Below are positions 22,942-38,155 of a stretch of DNA of 64,000 nucleotides, piece by piece (the stretch's first letter is position 1; every line of letters starts with the position of its first letter). The position numbers and the translations under genes were made by a program. The stretch lies in NCBI RefSeq assembly GCF_054482595.1, contig NZ_CM137008.1, one strand, 5' to 3'. The notes beneath the pieces were generated by a model, which worked only from the letters and a program-made list of their open reading frames with translations, was not told where the DNA came from and ran no database searches.

Positions 22942-24021
22942 TTAATTAATTTCAAAATCCAAATCCAGGTCGTCTTCTTTTTCATCAGTCGAAGCCCCAT
23001 TTTTACGCGCCAGACTTTTCAGCACGTTCACACAAACAGCCGTCACAACCGCCCCGACAGCCACTGCTGCGATATAACCCAACTTACCTTCAACCACCGG
23101 CAGCACAATCAGACCACCCCAGCCTGCATAGCACTGCGCACCGACCAGCGCCGCAGTTACTGCACCACAAACTGAACCGACCATGATGGAAGGAATAACA
23201 CGCAGCGGATCGGCAGCGGCGAAAGGAATCGCCCCTTCAGTAACCCCAACGCACCCCATCACCAGCGCCGCTTTACCGGTTTCGCGCTCTTCTGCGGAGA
23301 AATTTTTACGACCAATCAGCGTCGCCAGCCCCATCCCCAGCGGCGGGATACAAATACCCACGGCAGCAATGGCCACCACGGTATAAACACCCTGAGCAAC
23401 GCAAATCAGCATGAAGGCATAGGCCACTTTGTTAACCGGACCGCCCATATCGAACGCCAGCATCAGACCCATGATCACCGCCAGCATAACAATGCTGCCC
23501 TGCTGCATCCCCTGAAGCCACTGAGTCAGGCTGTTGGTCAACGCCCCTACAGGCTCGCCCAAGCCCCACATCATGATGCCTGCGGTAATCAGTGTGCCGA
23601 TGATAGGAATGATGAAGATAGGCATCACCGAGCGCAGAACTTTATGCACCGGAATTTTCTTCAGGTAATGCACCACTATGCCGCCGATAATCCCGGCGAT
23701 CAGCGCACCAAAGAAGCCCGCACCAAAGCTGTTACCAACCCAGGCACCGATAGCGCACGGAGCCAGCGCAGAACGCTCTGCAATGGAGTAACCAATGTAA
23801 GCGGCGAGGAAAGGCACCATCAGCGTCAAACCTGCAACGCCGATATCAAACAGTTTTTTCAGATTCGGATCGGCTACGGCATCCGGCACTGCGCCTTTGC
23901 CATACAACATGACGGAAACCGCCAGCAAAATACCGCCCGATACCACGAAGGGAATCATGTGTGAAACGCCCGTCATTAAGTGCTGACGGGCATTTTTCAG
24001 GATCTGCATCAACTCATTCAT
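22942..24021 (-). CDS. frwC: PTS fructose-like EIIC permease FrwC
   Basis: 359 aa polytopic membrane ORF MNELMQILKNARQHLMTGVSHMIPFVVSGGILLAV... Confidence 0.9.
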   Translation of the reverse strand: MNELMQILKNARQHLMTGVSHMIPFVVSGGILLAVSVMLYGKGAVPDAVADPNLKKLFDIGVAGLTLMVPFLAAYIGYSIAERSALAPCAIGAWVGNSFGAGFFGALIAGIIGGIVVHYLKKIPVHKVLRSVMPIFIIPIIGTLITAGIMMWGLGEPVGALTNSLTQWLQGMQQGSIVMLAVIMGLMLAFDMGGPVNKVAYAFMLICVAQGVYTVVAIAAVGICIPPLGMGLATLIGRKNFSAEERETGKAALVMGCVGVTEGAIPFAAADPLRVIPSIMVGSVCGAVTAALVGAQCYAGWGGLIVLPVVEGKLGYIAAVAVGAVVTAVCVNVLKSLARKNGASTDEKEDDLDLDFEIN

Positions 24022-24329
24022 AAGCTGCTCCCGGGCTTGCGAAAGCCCATGTCCATATTTTTGATGGAGGAAACAATAGGCAATCGCAGGCGGAGCAAAC
24101 AGTGGATAAAAAGGCCATTTACTGGACTTTTGTAATATCAGTACAAAAATGCGATCCGCCTCATAACTTGCGATAATCCGGAAGCATGCCGCAAAACGGC
24201 GTCTTGTGAGACGCGTCGCAAATTGACGGTTACATTACATTTGTCCAGCTTTTGGCAGATTTGTCACATGGCAGGCCGTTGCCGTGCGCTCTTATCCTGT
24301 AAACAGAAAACCGTACCGGGAGAGAGGCA

Positions 24330-26831
24330 ATGGCCCTGATTGTGGAATTTATTTGTGAGCTACCTAACGGCGTACATGCACGTCCGGCAAGCCACGTTGA
24401 AACGCTGTGTAATACTTTTTCATCACAAATTGAGTGGCATAACCTGCGCACTGACCGCAAGGGCAACGCCAAAAGCGCCCTTGCGCTGATTGGCACCGAC
24501 ACGCTGGCGGGCGATAACTGCCAGTTACTGATTTCCGGGGCCGACGAACAGGAAGCGCACCAGCGTTTAAGCCAATGGCTGCGCGATGAATTCCCCCACT
24601 GCGATGCGCCGCTGGCGGAAGTTAAATCTGACGAACTGGAACCACTGCCGGTTTCACTGACCAATCTGAATCCGCAAATTATCCGCGCCCGCACCGTGTG
24701 CAGCGGTAGCGCAGGCGGCATTCTGACGCCGATCTCTTCTTTAGATCTCAATGCGCTGGGTAATCTTCCCGCAGCCAAAGACGTTGACGCCGAGCAATCC
24801 GCACTGGAAAACGGCCTGACGCTGGTACTGAAAAACATTGAGTTTCGTCTGCTGGATAGCGACGGTGCCACCAGCGCGATTCTGGAAGCGCACCGATCCC
24901 TGGCTGGCGATACTTCCCTGCACGAACATTTACTGGCAGGCGTCAGCGCCGGATTAAGCTGCGCCGAAGCAATTGTTGCCAGCGCGAATCACTTTTGCGA
25001 AGAGTTCGCCCGTTCCAGCAGCAGCTACCTGCAAGAACGTGCCCTGGACGTACGCGACGTCTGCTTCCAGTTACTCCAGCAAATCTACGGTGAGCAACGC
25101 TTCCCGGCACCGGGCAAACTGACGCAGCCCGCCATTTGTATGGCTGATGAACTGACCCCCAGCCAGTTCCTCGAACTGGATAAAAATCACCTCAAAGGTC
25201 TGTTACTGAAAAGTGGCGGCACCACCTCACATACCGTAATTCTTGCCCGTTCGTTCAACATTCCGACACTGGTTGGTGTAGATATTGATGCCCTTACTCC
25301 GTGGCAGCATCAAACGATTTATATCGACGGCAACGCCGGGGCGATTGTGGTTGAGCCAGGGGAAGCCGTAGCTCGTTATTATCAGCAAGAAGCCCGCGTA
25401 CAGGACGCCCTTCGTGAGCAACAGCGTGTCTGGCTGACCCAACAAGCCCGTACCGCTGACGGTATCCGCATTGAAATTGCCGCTAACATCGCTCACTCCG
25501 TGGAAGCGCAGGCCGCATTCGGCAATGGTGCGGAAGGCGTCGGTTTGTTCCGCACTGAAATGCTCTATATGGATCGCACCAGCGCACCGGGCGAAAGCGA
25601 GTTGTACAACATTTTTTGTCAAGCGCTGGAGTCCGCCAACGGACGCAGCATTATTGTGCGCACTATGGATATTGGCGGTGACAAACCCGTTGATTATCTG
25701 AACATTCCGGCAGAAGCTAACCCGTTCCTCGGTTATCGCGCGGTGCGTATTTATGAAGAATACGCCTCGCTGTTCACCACACAACTACGGTCGATCCTCC
25801 GTGCCTCTGCTCACGGCAGCCTGAAAATCATGATCCCGATGATCTCCTCAATGGAAGAGATCTTATGGGTGAAAGAAAAACTGGCGGAAGCCAAACAGCA
25901 ACTGCGTAACGAACACATTCCGTTTGATGAGAAGATCCAGCTCGGCATCATGCTGGAAGTGCCGTCGGTGATGTTCATCATCGATCAATGCTGCGAAGAG
26001 ATTGATTTCTTTAGTATTGGTAGTAATGACCTGACGCAATATCTGCTGGCAGTGGATCGCGATAACGCTAAGGTTACTCGTCACTACAACAGCCTGAATC
26101 CGGCATTCTTGCGGGCGCTCGATTACGCCGTGCAAGCGGTGCATCGCCAGGGCAAATGGATTGGTCTGTGCGGTGAGCTGGGAGCGAAAGGTTCCGTGCT
26201 GCCGTTGCTGGTCGGCTTAGGGCTGGATGAACTCAGCATGAGCGCACCATCAATTCCGGCGGCGAAAGCGCGGATGGCGCAACTTGATAGCCGTGAGTGC
26301 CGCAAGTTGCTCAACCAGGCAATGGCCTGCCGTACTTCGCTGGAAGTGGAACACCTGCTGGCGCAATTCCGCATGACCCAACAAGACGCACCGCTGGTCA
26401 CCGCCGAGTGCATCACACTGGAAAGCGACTGGCGCAGCAAAGAAGAAGTACTCAAAGGCATGACCGATAACCTGCTGCTGGCGGGCCGCTGCCGCTATCC
26501 GCGTAAACTGGAAGCCGACTTGTGGGCGCGCGAGGCCGTTTTCTCTACCGGTCTGGGCTTTAGTTTTGCCATTCCCCACAGCAAATCAGAACACATTGAG
26601 CAATCCACCATCAGCGTAGCGCGTCTGCAAGCGCCGGTGCGCTGGGGCGATGATGAAGCGCAATTCATCATTATGTTAACCCTGAACAAACACGCTGCGG
26701 GCGATCAGCATATGCGCATTTTCTCGCGCCTCGCTCGCCGCATCATGCACGAAGAATTCCGTAACGCGCTGGTTAACGCCGCCTCTGCCGACGCTATCGC
26801 CAGCCTGCTGCAACATGAACTGGAACTGTAA
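24330..26831 (+). CDS. ptsA: Multiphosphoryl transfer protein PtsA (HPr-EI-EIIA fusion, fructose-like PTS)
   Basis: 833 aa [30 protein letters not shown]... (HPr-like N-terminus, EI PEP-utilising domain, EIIA C-terminus). Confidence 0.92.
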   Translation: MALIVEFICELPNGVHARPASHVETLCNTFSSQIEWHNLRTDRKGNAKSALALIGTDTLAGDNCQLLISGADEQEAHQRLSQWLRDEFPHCDAPLAEVKSDELEPLPVSLTNLNPQIIRARTVCSGSAGGILTPISSLDLNALGNLPAAKDVDAEQSALENGLTLVLKNIEFRLLDSDGATSAILEAHRSLAGDTSLHEHLLAGVSAGLSCAEAIVASANHFCEEFARSSSSYLQERALDVRDVCFQLLQQIYGEQRFPAPGKLTQPAICMADELTPSQFLELDKNHLKGLLLKSGGTTSHTVILARSFNIPTLVGVDIDALTPWQHQTIYIDGNAGAIVVEPGEAVARYYQQEARVQDALREQQRVWLTQQARTADGIRIEIAANIAHSVEAQAAFGNGAEGVGLFRTEMLYMDRTSAPGESELYNIFCQALESANGRSIIVRTMDIGGDKPVDYLNIPAEANPFLGYRAVRIYEEYASLFTTQLRSILRASAHGSLKIMIPMISSMEEILWVKEKLAEAKQQLRNEHIPFDEKIQLGIMLEVPSVMFIIDQCCEEIDFFSIGSNDLTQYLLAVDRDNAKVTRHYNSLNPAFLRALDYAVQAVHRQGKWIGLCGELGAKGSVLPLLVGLGLDELSMSAPSIPAAKARMAQLDSRECRKLLNQAMACRTSLEVEHLLAQFRMTQQDAPLVTAECITLESDWRSKEEVLKGMTDNLLLAGRCRYPRKLEADLWAREAVFSTGLGFSFAIPHSKSEHIEQSTISVARLQAPVRWGDDEAQFIIMLTLNKHAAGDQHMRIFSRLARRIMHEEFRNALVNAASADAIASLLQHELEL

Positions 26832-26842
26832 AAGGAAACATC

Positions 26843-27505
26843 ATGGAACTGTATCTGGACACCGCTAACGTCGCAGAAGTCGAACGTCTGGCACGCATAT
26901 TCCCGATTGCCGGGGTGACAACTAACCCGAGCATTATCGCTGCCAGCAAGGAGTCCATATGGGAAGTGCTGCCGCGTCTGCAAAAAGCGATTGGTGATGA
27001 GGGCATTCTGTTTGCTCAGACCATGAGCCGCGACGCGCAGGGGATGGTGGAAGAAGCGAAGCGTCTGCGCGACGCCATTCCGGGCATTGTGGTGAAAATC
27101 CCGGTGACTTCCGAAGGTCTGGCCGCCATTAAGATGCTGAAAAAAGAGGGTATTACTACGCTTGGCACCGCAGTGTACAGTGCTGCACAAGGGTTACTGG
27201 CCGCGCTGGCAGGGGCAAAATACGTTGCTCCGTATGTTAACCGCGTAGATGCCCAGGGGGGGGACGGCATTCGTACGGTTCAGGAGCTGCAAGCGCTGTT
27301 AGAAATGCACGCACCAGAAAGCATGGTGCTGGCGGCCAGCTTTAAAACGCCGCGTCAGGCGCTGGACTGTTTACTGGCAGGATGTGAGTCCATCACCCTG
27401 CCCTTAGATGTAGCGCAACAAATGCTCAACACCCCTGCGGTAGAGTCAGCTATAGAGAAGTTCGAACACGACTGGAATGCCGCATTTGGCACTACTCATC
27501 TCTAA
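26843..27505 (+). CDS. fsaB: Fructose-6-phosphate aldolase 2 FsaB (TalC)
   Basis: 220 aa [38 protein letters not shown]... Confidence 0.95.
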
Positions 27506-27515
27506 AGGAGCAATT

Positions 27516-28619
27516 ATGGACCGCATTATTCAATCACCGGGTAAATACATCCAGGGCGCTGATGTGATTAATCGTCTGGGCGAATACCTGAAGCCGCTGG
27601 CAGAACGCTGGTTAGTGGTGGGTGACAAATTTGTTTTAGGTTTTGCTCAATCCACTGTCGAGAAAAGCTTTAAAGATGCTGGACTGGTAGTAGAAATTGC
27701 GCCGTTTGGCGGTGAATGTTCGCAAAATGAGATCGACCGTCTGCGTGGCATCGCGGAGACTGCGCAGTGTGGCGCAATTCTCGGTATCGGTGGCGGAAAA
27801 ACTCTCGATACTGCCAAAGCACTGGCACATTTCATGGGTGTTCCGGTAGCGATCGCACCGACTATCGCCTCTACCGACGCACCGTGCAGCGCATTGTCTG
27901 TTATCTACACCGATGAGGGTGAGTTTGACCGCTATCTGCTGTTGCCAAATAACCCGAATATGGTCATTGTCGACACCAAAATCGTCGCTGGCGCACCTGC
28001 ACGTCTGTTAGCGGCGGGTATCGGCGATGCGCTGGCAACCTGGTTTGAAGCACGCGCCTGTTCCCGTAGCGGCGCTACCACTATGGCGGGCGGCAAGTGT
28101 ACCCAGGCGGCGCTGGCACTGGCAGAACTGTGCTACAACACTCTGCTGGAAGAAGGCGAAAAAGCGATGCTTGCCGCCGAACAGCATGTAGTGACTCCGG
28201 CGCTGGAGCGCGTGATTGAAGCGAACACCTATTTAAGCGGTGTTGGTTTTGAAAGTGGTGGTCTGGCTGCGGCGCACGCAGTGCATAACGGCCTGACCGC
28301 TATCCCGGACGCGCATCACTATTATCACGGTGAAAAAGTGGCATTCGGTACGCTGACGCAGCTGGTTCTGGAAAATGCGCCGGTGGAGGAAATCGAAACC
28401 GTAGCTGCCCTTAGCCATGCGGTAGGTTTGCCAATAACTCTCGCTCAACTGGATATTAAAGAAGATGTCCCGGCGAAAATGCGAATTGTGGCAGAAGCGG
28501 CATGTGCAGAAGGTGAAACCATTCACAACATGCCTGGCGGCGCGACGCCAGATCAGGTTTACGCCGCACTGCTGGTAGCTGACCAGTATGGACAACGTTT
28601 CCTGCAAGAGTGGGAATAA
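27516..28619 (+). CDS. gldA: Glycerol dehydrogenase GldA
   Basis: Conserved start [39 protein letters not shown]...; track ORF extended 13 codons. Confidence 0.93.
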
Positions 28620-28626
28620 CCTACTC

Positions 28627-28653
28627 CAAACTCCCGGCTTGTCCGGGAGTTTG
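28627..28653 (+). terminator. gldA intrinsic terminator
   Basis: Hairpin caaactcccggcttgtccgggagtttg just after the stop codon. Confidence 0.6.
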
Positions 28654-28664
28654 AACGCAAAATT

Positions 28665-28764
28665 GCCTGATGCGCTACGCTTATCAGGCCTACGTAATCT
28701 CTGCAATATATTGAATTTGCGTGCTTTTTAGGCCAGATAAGACGTTCACGCCGCATCCGGCACT
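28665..28764. repeat. REP palindromic repeats
   Basis: gcctgatgcgctacgcttatcaggcctac and aggccagataagacgttcacgccgcatccggcac. Confidence 0.7.
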
Positions 28765-28892
28765 CTGTGCCAGTAATCTGAAACTCCTACGTTGTTCAGG
28801 AGTTTTTTATCCGCTTCTGGACATTTTCTCTACAGAACAATCGTTATCCCGGAAGGTCGAATCTGTGACTCTTATTTTCACGGACGAAACAG

Positions 28893-29510
28893 ATGAAAGC
28901 TTCACTGGTGCTGGTCAGCCTGCTAACGGCATTTACCAGCCACTCCTTAAAATCTCCCGCCGTTCCACCAACCGTGGTACAAATCCAGGCCAATACCAAC
29001 CTTACCATCGCAGACGGTGCCAGACAGCAAATCGGCAGCACGCTATTTTACGATCCGGCGTATGTGCAGCTTACCTATCCTGGCGGTGATGTCCCGCAAG
29101 AACGCGGGGTATGTTCCGATGTGGTGATCCGTGCATTGCGCAGCCAGAAGGTCGATTTGCAGAAACTGGTGCACGAAGATATGGCGAAGAATTTTGCCGA
29201 GTACCCGCAAAAATGGCAGTTAAAGCGCCCGGACAGCAACATCGATCACCGTCGGGTGCCTAATCTGGAAACCTGGTTTACCCGCCACGATAAAACACGC
29301 CCCATCAGCAAGAACCCCAGTGACTATCAAGCGGGCGATATTGTCTCCTGGCGATTAGATAACGGGCTGGCACATATTGGGGTGGTTTCAGATGGCTTCG
29401 CCCGCGACGGTACGCCGCTGGTGATACATAACATTGGCGCAGGTGCGCAGGAAGAAGATGTGCTGTTTAGCTGGCGCATGGTGGGGCATTATCGTTATTT
29501 TGTTAAATAA
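28893..29510 (+). CDS. yijF: DUF1287-family secreted protein YijF
   Basis: 205 aa with signal peptide MKASLVLVSLLTAFTSHSLKSPAVPPTVVQIQ... Confidence 0.88.
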   Translation: MKASLVLVSLLTAFTSHSLKSPAVPPTVVQIQANTNLTIADGARQQIGSTLFYDPAYVQLTYPGGDVPQERGVCSDVVIRALRSQKVDLQKLVHEDMAKNFAEYPQKWQLKRPDSNIDHRRVPNLETWFTRHDKTRPISKNPSDYQAGDIVSWRLDNGLAHIGVVSDGFARDGTPLVIHNIGAGAQEEDVLFSWRMVGHYRYFVK

Positions 29511-29536
29511 GCGATCGCCCCACATGAAGAAAAAAT

Positions 29537-30442
29537 TCAGATGCTTTTTACACTAACGGCTTCTTTTTTCTTACGGCTCACCAGCGCCAGTGCCATCACA
29601 ATCAGCACAATACCGCTACCTTCAACGGCCCCCGGATTCTCGCCGAGCAGCCACCAGGAAAAGAGTACGCCGCAAACGGGAACGGCCAGTGTGCTTAAGC
29701 TGGCAATACTGGCAGGCAAGTTTTTCAATACAAACAACCATAAGCTCCACGCCAGTGCCGTCGCCAGAATCGCGCTGTAGGCCAGCGCCCAGAACACGGT
29801 GGGCTGCCAGTCAATTTCACGTTGCGGCACCAGTAAAGCGACCACACTCATCACCAGCGCCGCATAGAGCATCTGCCAGGATGTTAACGACAATAAATCC
29901 ACGCGCGGATGACGGGCATACAGACGTTTAGCAACAATCGCGCTCGCCCCCCAACTAACACCGGAGAGGATTGCCAGCATGGCACTTTTCATCGAAGAGA
30001 AATCGAGTTGCCACGGCTGCAACACCAAAAATAAGCCGAAAGCGGCAATCAGAATCGCGAAATATTGCCCACGTCGCAGGCGTTCACCGAGAAACACCGC
30101 GGCGAAAATCACCACCCAGAACGGCATGGTATAGCTCAGGATCGCCACCTTCCCCGCTCCGCCGCTGACCAGCGCCCACTGCGCCAGGCCAACCATCCCG
30201 CAGGTTTGTAACAGGGCAATGGCTAAGGTGTATTTAAACGGTGTCGGGCGCATTCCGCGACCACGTAATAAAAGGACGATGAATAAAACGAGAGCACCGA
30301 AAATGCAGCGTAAGGCGGTAAAGTCGAAGGCACCGATGTAGCTGGTGACTTGCTTCATGAAAATCCAGCTATAACTCCAGATAAGTGTGAGCACAACCAG
30401 GCCACTGATTGCCAGTGGGTTGCTCTTTCCTGCGGCAGACAT
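29537..30442 (-). CDS. yijE: EamA/DMT-family transporter YijE
   Basis: Conserved start [32 protein letters not shown]...; track ORF extended 11 codons. Confidence 0.9.
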   Translation of the reverse strand: MSAAGKSNPLAISGLVVLTLIWSYSWIFMKQVTSYIGAFDFTALRCIFGALVLFIVLLLRGRGMRPTPFKYTLAIALLQTCGMVGLAQWALVSGGAGKVAILSYTMPFWVVIFAAVFLGERLRRGQYFAILIAAFGLFLVLQPWQLDFSSMKSAMLAILSGVSWGASAIVAKRLYARHPRVDLLSLTSWQMLYAALVMSVVALLVPQREIDWQPTVFWALAYSAILATALAWSLWLFVLKNLPASIASLSTLAVPVCGVLFSWWLLGENPGAVEGSGIVLIVMALALVSRKKKEAVSVKSI

Positions 30443-30535
30443 GAGAGATCCAGTGTGTAGTTTTCCTGTGGACACTATACGCCGGTAAAGAAACTTCAGC
30501 GACTGCCTGAAAGGCAGTCGCTGAAGAAGGTCAGA

Positions 30536-32770
<2,235 letters not shown>

Positions 32771-33044
32771 TTATAATTGAATTAATCCACGGATGCGATA
32801 GTTGAGATCTTACATATTGTTGGTTAAAGAGATGTAGATCAAATTGATCGTAATTAAGCTTTTTTGATTATGTCCGAATTCGGACAAATGCTTTATAAAA
32901 AAGGGTTTTAGCTTCATATCCTTCAAGTAATGAGGGAGAAAACAAGGCTGATAACCTTATTTTCCCGCCCTCATTTCGAGGCAGCATTTTGTGCTCTGTT
33001 TAAAATTTGTGATCACTGTGTGATTTTCACAAAAGCCACACTAT

Positions 33045-33938
<894 letters not shown>

Positions 33939-33977
33939 TTACCTCATCAATCGCTTGTAGTTATATGTTGTGTTGTG

Positions 33978-34012
33978 CACATCTATCCGTTTAGACGTCC
34001 AGATGTAAAGAT
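33978..34012 (-). promoter_or_regulatory. metF operator: tandem MetJ boxes
   Basis: Minus strand reads ...CTGGACGTCTAAACGGATAGATGT..., tandem 8-bp AGACGTCT-like met boxes upstream of metF. Confidence 0.65.
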
Positions 34013-34167
34013 GAAGGAAAAGCCGAAGGGCGTCAACCGAAAAATGACCAATGATGGTGAGGAAAAATCAGGGAAGATGAAAAAACTTCAGGATGGTAAG
34101 AAAAAGAAAATCCGGTATGCAAAGCAAACCGGACTGCAAATATTAACTAACCATGTACTTATTGCTT

Positions 34168-34206
34168 CTTGCCGGATTCGTCGTAAACGCTTCATCCGGC
34201 CTAATC
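34168..34206. repeat. Degenerate REP-like palindrome
   Basis: gccggattcgtcgtaaacgcttcatccggcctaa resembles REP consensus. Confidence 0.45.
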
Positions 34207-34283
34207 CTATGATAATTCAATATATTTCATTAGAAACCATAGACCCGAAAACATGAGTACCGGACATTATTAAATTTCTGAAA

Positions 34284-36716
34284 TTACAACAACTGTGCCA
34301 GCCGGTTGATATCCGACTGAATCGCCCCGGCGGTGACGTCGCGCCCCGCGCCAGGCCCACGGATCACCAGCGGGTTATCGCGATACCAGCGGCTTTCGAT
34401 GGCAAAGACGTTGTCGCACGGCAGCAGTGATGCCAGCGGATGGTCTTCACGCACCGCCTCCACGCCCACACGCGCTTTGCCGTTGGCATCGAAACGCGCC
34501 ACGTAGCGCAGCACCAGCCCCATTTCGCGGGCCGCTTCCAGCCGTTGCACCATCTGCTCGTTAAGTTCATCGCCATTTTCAAAGAAATGGTCGATGCTGC
34601 CGCCTTCGCAATGAGCAGGCACCAGCGATTCCACACGTACCTGGTCCGGTTCAATGTTGTAACCCGCTTCACGCGCCAGAATCACCAGCTTGCGCATTAC
34701 GTCTTTGCCGGAGAGGTCGTCACGCGGATCAGGCTCGGTTAAGCCCTGCTGCCACGCCTGATCCACCAGCTCGGTAAACGGCACGCTACCGTCGAATTGC
34801 AGGAACAGCCAGGAGAGCGTGCCGGAGAAGATCCCACTGATCGACAAAATAGTATCGCCGCTGTCGATCAGATCGCGCACGGTGTGGTTGATCGGCAAGC
34901 CCGCACCGACGGTGGCGTTGTACAGCCAGTGACGCCCGGTTTTTTCGAAGGCGTCGTGGATCTGGCGATATTTATTGCTGTCGCTTGCTCCCGCCAGTTT
35001 GTTGGCACTGATGACGTGGAAACCGTGGCTGGCGAAATCAAGATACTGGTCAGCCAGCTGCTGGCTGGCGGTAACGTCCAGCACCACTAAATCATCATAC
35101 GGATGGGCGCGCATCCACAGGAAAAGCGACTCTTCATCCTGCTCGACCGCTTCATCGTTGAAGAAGGCTAACGCGCGGCTGGCGTCCAGCCCGTCATAAC
35201 TCAACAGACTGCGGCGGCTGTCCACCACGCCTGCCAGCACAAATTCAAAGCCGGTACGCGCCGAAAGCGAGCTCTGCTCGCGGGCGAACAGTTCCAGCCA
35301 GCGGGAACCGATATTGCCTTTGCCGAACAATACCAGGCCGATGCGTTTTTCTGCGCGGAAGACGGACTGATGCAGGCCCTGAATCAGGCTTTCGGTCGGG
35401 CCGGTGCGCAGTACTGCCACCAGGCTGATGCCGTCATCGGACTGCCAGGTAAACTCGACCGGCTGGCCTTTCAGTTGCTGCCAGAAGCGGTGGCAATGCA
35501 GCGGGTTACGGGTGACACCCGCCCCGACCATCGCCACCAGCGCCAGCCCCTGACGCAGGCGCAGTTCGCCAGGTAATCCCGCTTCGTCGAGGATTTTCAG
35601 CGCACTGTCGGCCACTTCTGAGGTGTAGCAAAATTGCAGCAACTGGCGATCGTTATGCACGCCAACCGCCAGTGGACGCACCTGGGCACGTTTCAGGATT
35701 TGGTCGATCTCTTTATGCGCCAGTTTGAAATCCTGACTGGCGGGCACCTGAAACTCAATCAAACAGACATCATCGTGGCTGGTGACAATACGCGCACCAG
35801 TACCGGAGGCCAGCACGCGTTCAATGCGCGTGGAACCTTGATCCGGCGTGTAGCTACAGCGCAGCTGCAGGTCGATTTCGCTGCCAGAAACTGGCTGTAA
35901 AGTACGGGCGTGAAGAACGGGAGCCGCCAGACGCGCCAGTTCGCTGGCCTCATCCAGACGCAGCAACGGCAGCAGGCAGGCATCTTTCACTTTACGCGGG
36001 TCGGCACTGTATACCCCGGCGACGTCGCTCCAGATGGTTACGCGAGAAACACCCGCCAGCGCACCGATTTGTGTCGCGGAATAGTCGGAACCGTTACGCC
36101 CCAGCAGCACCGTTTCACCGGCGTTGTTACGGCTGATAAACCCGGTCACCACCAGACGTTTACCCGGATGTTGTACCAGTAGCTGTTGCAGCAACGGGTA
36201 AGAAAGCCCTTCATCAACCTGCGGTTGCGCAGCGCGTTCAGCGCGTAAAAACTCGCGGGCATCAAGCCAGGCCGCTGGCAGCCCTTGTTGATTAAGTACC
36301 GCAGACATCAGTCGCGCCGACCACACTTCACCGTGGCCCACCACTTCCGCATACACTGCGTCGTTAATACCGCTGTCGAGCAGCGCCGCCAGGCGCTCAA
36401 GATCGCTGACAAAAGCGCTAATGAGGCTATCGGCTTCTTCGGCGGGTAGCAGGCCGCTAATCAGATCGCACTGATAGCGACGCAGCGTTTGTTGAACCTG
36501 ATGCGCAGAGAGACGATCGGTCTGGCTTAGTTTCAACCAGTTAATCAACTGGTTAGTGGTGCTACCGGCGGCGGAAACCACCATCATATCGTCAGGCTGA
36601 GAGTACTCCGCCATAATGCCCGCGACACGCAAATAACACTTCACATCAGCCAGACTACTGCCACCAAATTTATGCAGCTGACGACCTTTCGCCCCTGCCT
36701 GCGCAATCACACTCAT
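34284..36716 (-). CDS. metL: Bifunctional aspartokinase II / homoserine dehydrogenase II MetL
   Basis: 810 aa MSVIAQAGAKGRQLHKFGGSSLADVKCYLRVAGIMAEYS... Confidence 0.95.
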   Translation of the reverse strand: MSVIAQAGAKGRQLHKFGGSSLADVKCYLRVAGIMAEYSQPDDMMVVSAAGSTTNQLINWLKLSQTDRLSAHQVQQTLRRYQCDLISGLLPAEEADSLISAFVSDLERLAALLDSGINDAVYAEVVGHGEVWSARLMSAVLNQQGLPAAWLDAREFLRAERAAQPQVDEGLSYPLLQQLLVQHPGKRLVVTGFISRNNAGETVLLGRNGSDYSATQIGALAGVSRVTIWSDVAGVYSADPRKVKDACLLPLLRLDEASELARLAAPVLHARTLQPVSGSEIDLQLRCSYTPDQGSTRIERVLASGTGARIVTSHDDVCLIEFQVPASQDFKLAHKEIDQILKRAQVRPLAVGVHNDRQLLQFCYTSEVADSALKILDEAGLPGELRLRQGLALVAMVGAGVTRNPLHCHRFWQQLKGQPVEFTWQSDDGISLVAVLRTGPTESLIQGLHQSVFRAEKRIGLVLFGKGNIGSRWLELFAREQSSLSARTGFEFVLAGVVDSRRSLLSYDGLDASRALAFFNDEAVEQDEESLFLWMRAHPYDDLVVLDVTASQQLADQYLDFASHGFHVISANKLAGASDSNKYRQIHDAFEKTGRHWLYNATVGAGLPINHTVRDLIDSGDTILSISGIFSGTLSWLFLQFDGSVPFTELVDQAWQQGLTEPDPRDDLSGKDVMRKLVILAREAGYNIEPDQVRVESLVPAHCEGGSIDHFFENGDELNEQMVQRLEAAREMGLVLRYVARFDANGKARVGVEAVREDHPLASLLPCDNVFAIESRWYRDNPLVIRGPGAGRDVTAGAIQSDINRLAQLL

Positions 36717-36718
36717 TT

Positions 36719-37879
36719 TTACCCCTTGTTTGCAGCCCGGAAGCCATTTTCCAGGTCGGCAATTAAATCTTCGCCATCTTCAATACCGGTGGAGATACGC
36801 AGCAGCGTCTCGGAGATCCCGGCGGCAGCACGCGCTTCTGGCGCCATGCCTGCATGTGTCATGGTTGCGGCGTGAGAGATTAAACTTTCCACTCCCCCTA
36901 ACGATTCCGCCAGCGTAAACAACGACAGCCCGCCCAGGAAACGACGCAGCGTCTGCTCATCGCCATCCAGTTCAAAACTCAACATTGCGCCAAAGCCTTT
37001 TTGCTGACGCGCGGCAATTTCATGCCCCTGATTTTCCGGCAGCGACGGGTGATACAGTTTTTTCACCAACGGCTGGGTTTGCAGATATTTCACAATCGCC
37101 TGCGCGTTGCGCTGCGCCAGCTCCATACGCGGCACCAGCGTTCGCAACCCGCGTAGCAGCAGATAGCTGTCAAACGCGCCGCCCGTCACGCCAATATTGT
37201 TTGCCCACCAGGCAAGTTCAGTGACAACGTCCGGGTCTTTAGCAATCACCACGCCAGCCACCACGTCAGAGTGACCGTTCAGATATTTCGTACATGAATG
37301 CAACACCAGATCGGCACCCAATGCCAGCGGATTTTGTAATGCCGGGCTTAAGAAGGTGTTATCCACCACGCTCACCGCCCCGACTTCCCTTGCCAGATGG
37401 CAGATTTTCGCAATATCCACGACGCGTAACAATGGATTACTTGGGCTTTCTACCAGTACCAGTTTGGGGTTTTCTGCCAGCGCTGCCCGTAATGCCTGTT
37501 CATCGCCTTGATCAACAAACAACACGCGATAGCAACCGCGTTTCGCCAGGCTGTCGAACAGGCGATAGCTACCGCCGTAGCAGTCGTGCGGCGCAACCAG
37601 CAGATCGCCAGGTTTCAAAAAGACGGTCGTTACCAGGTGAATCGCGGACATGCCGGTATTAGTAAGTACTGCACCAGCACCGCCTTCCAGTTCTGCCAGC
37701 GCACGCTGAACCACATCGCGCGTTGGGTTGCCGCGACGCGAGTAATCATGCGCGCGCGGTTCATTAAATCCGGTAAAGTTATAGGTGCTGGAAAGATGGA
37801 TGGGAGGGACAACGCAACCATACTGTTCGTCGTCATTTAACCCGCTACGCACTGCGATGGTGGCCTGTTTACGCGTCAT
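36719..37879 (-). CDS. metB: Cystathionine gamma-synthase MetB
   Basis: Conserved start MTRKQATIAVRSGLNDDEQYGCVVPPIHLSSTYNF...; track ORF extended 59 codons. Confidence 0.93.
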   Translation of the reverse strand: MTRKQATIAVRSGLNDDEQYGCVVPPIHLSSTYNFTGFNEPRAHDYSRRGNPTRDVVQRALAELEGGAGAVLTNTGMSAIHLVTTVFLKPGDLLVAPHDCYGGSYRLFDSLAKRGCYRVLFVDQGDEQALRAALAENPKLVLVESPSNPLLRVVDIAKICHLAREVGAVSVVDNTFLSPALQNPLALGADLVLHSCTKYLNGHSDVVAGVVIAKDPDVVTELAWWANNIGVTGGAFDSYLLLRGLRTLVPRMELAQRNAQAIVKYLQTQPLVKKLYHPSLPENQGHEIAARQQKGFGAMLSFELDGDEQTLRRFLGGLSLFTLAESLGGVESLISHAATMTHAGMAPEARAAAGISETLLRISTGIEDGEDLIADLENGFRAANKG

Positions 37880-37929
37880 GTGATGAAGTTCCCTGGGCTT
37901 GGTCGGTGAAATGTCAGGCACCAGAGTAA

Positions 37930-37962
37930 ACATTGTGTTAATGGACGTCAATACATCTGGAC
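37930..37962. promoter_or_regulatory. metB/metJ divergent control region with MetJ boxes
   Basis: TGGACGTCAATACATCTGGACATCTAAAC: tandem met-box-like 8-mers between divergent metB and metJ. Confidence 0.6.
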
Positions 37963-38155
37963 ATCTAAACTTCTTTGCGTATAGATTGAGCAAATCCCAA
38001 ATAGCCGTTAAAATTATATGCATTATCACGCCGACAGATGCATTACACGATGTCACGGTAACGCCTGTACGGTAAACTATGCGGGTTTACGGTCAGTACC
38101 CACATAAATTGTGTGGTCTGGTCTCAATTTATTGACGAAGAGGATTAAGTATCTC

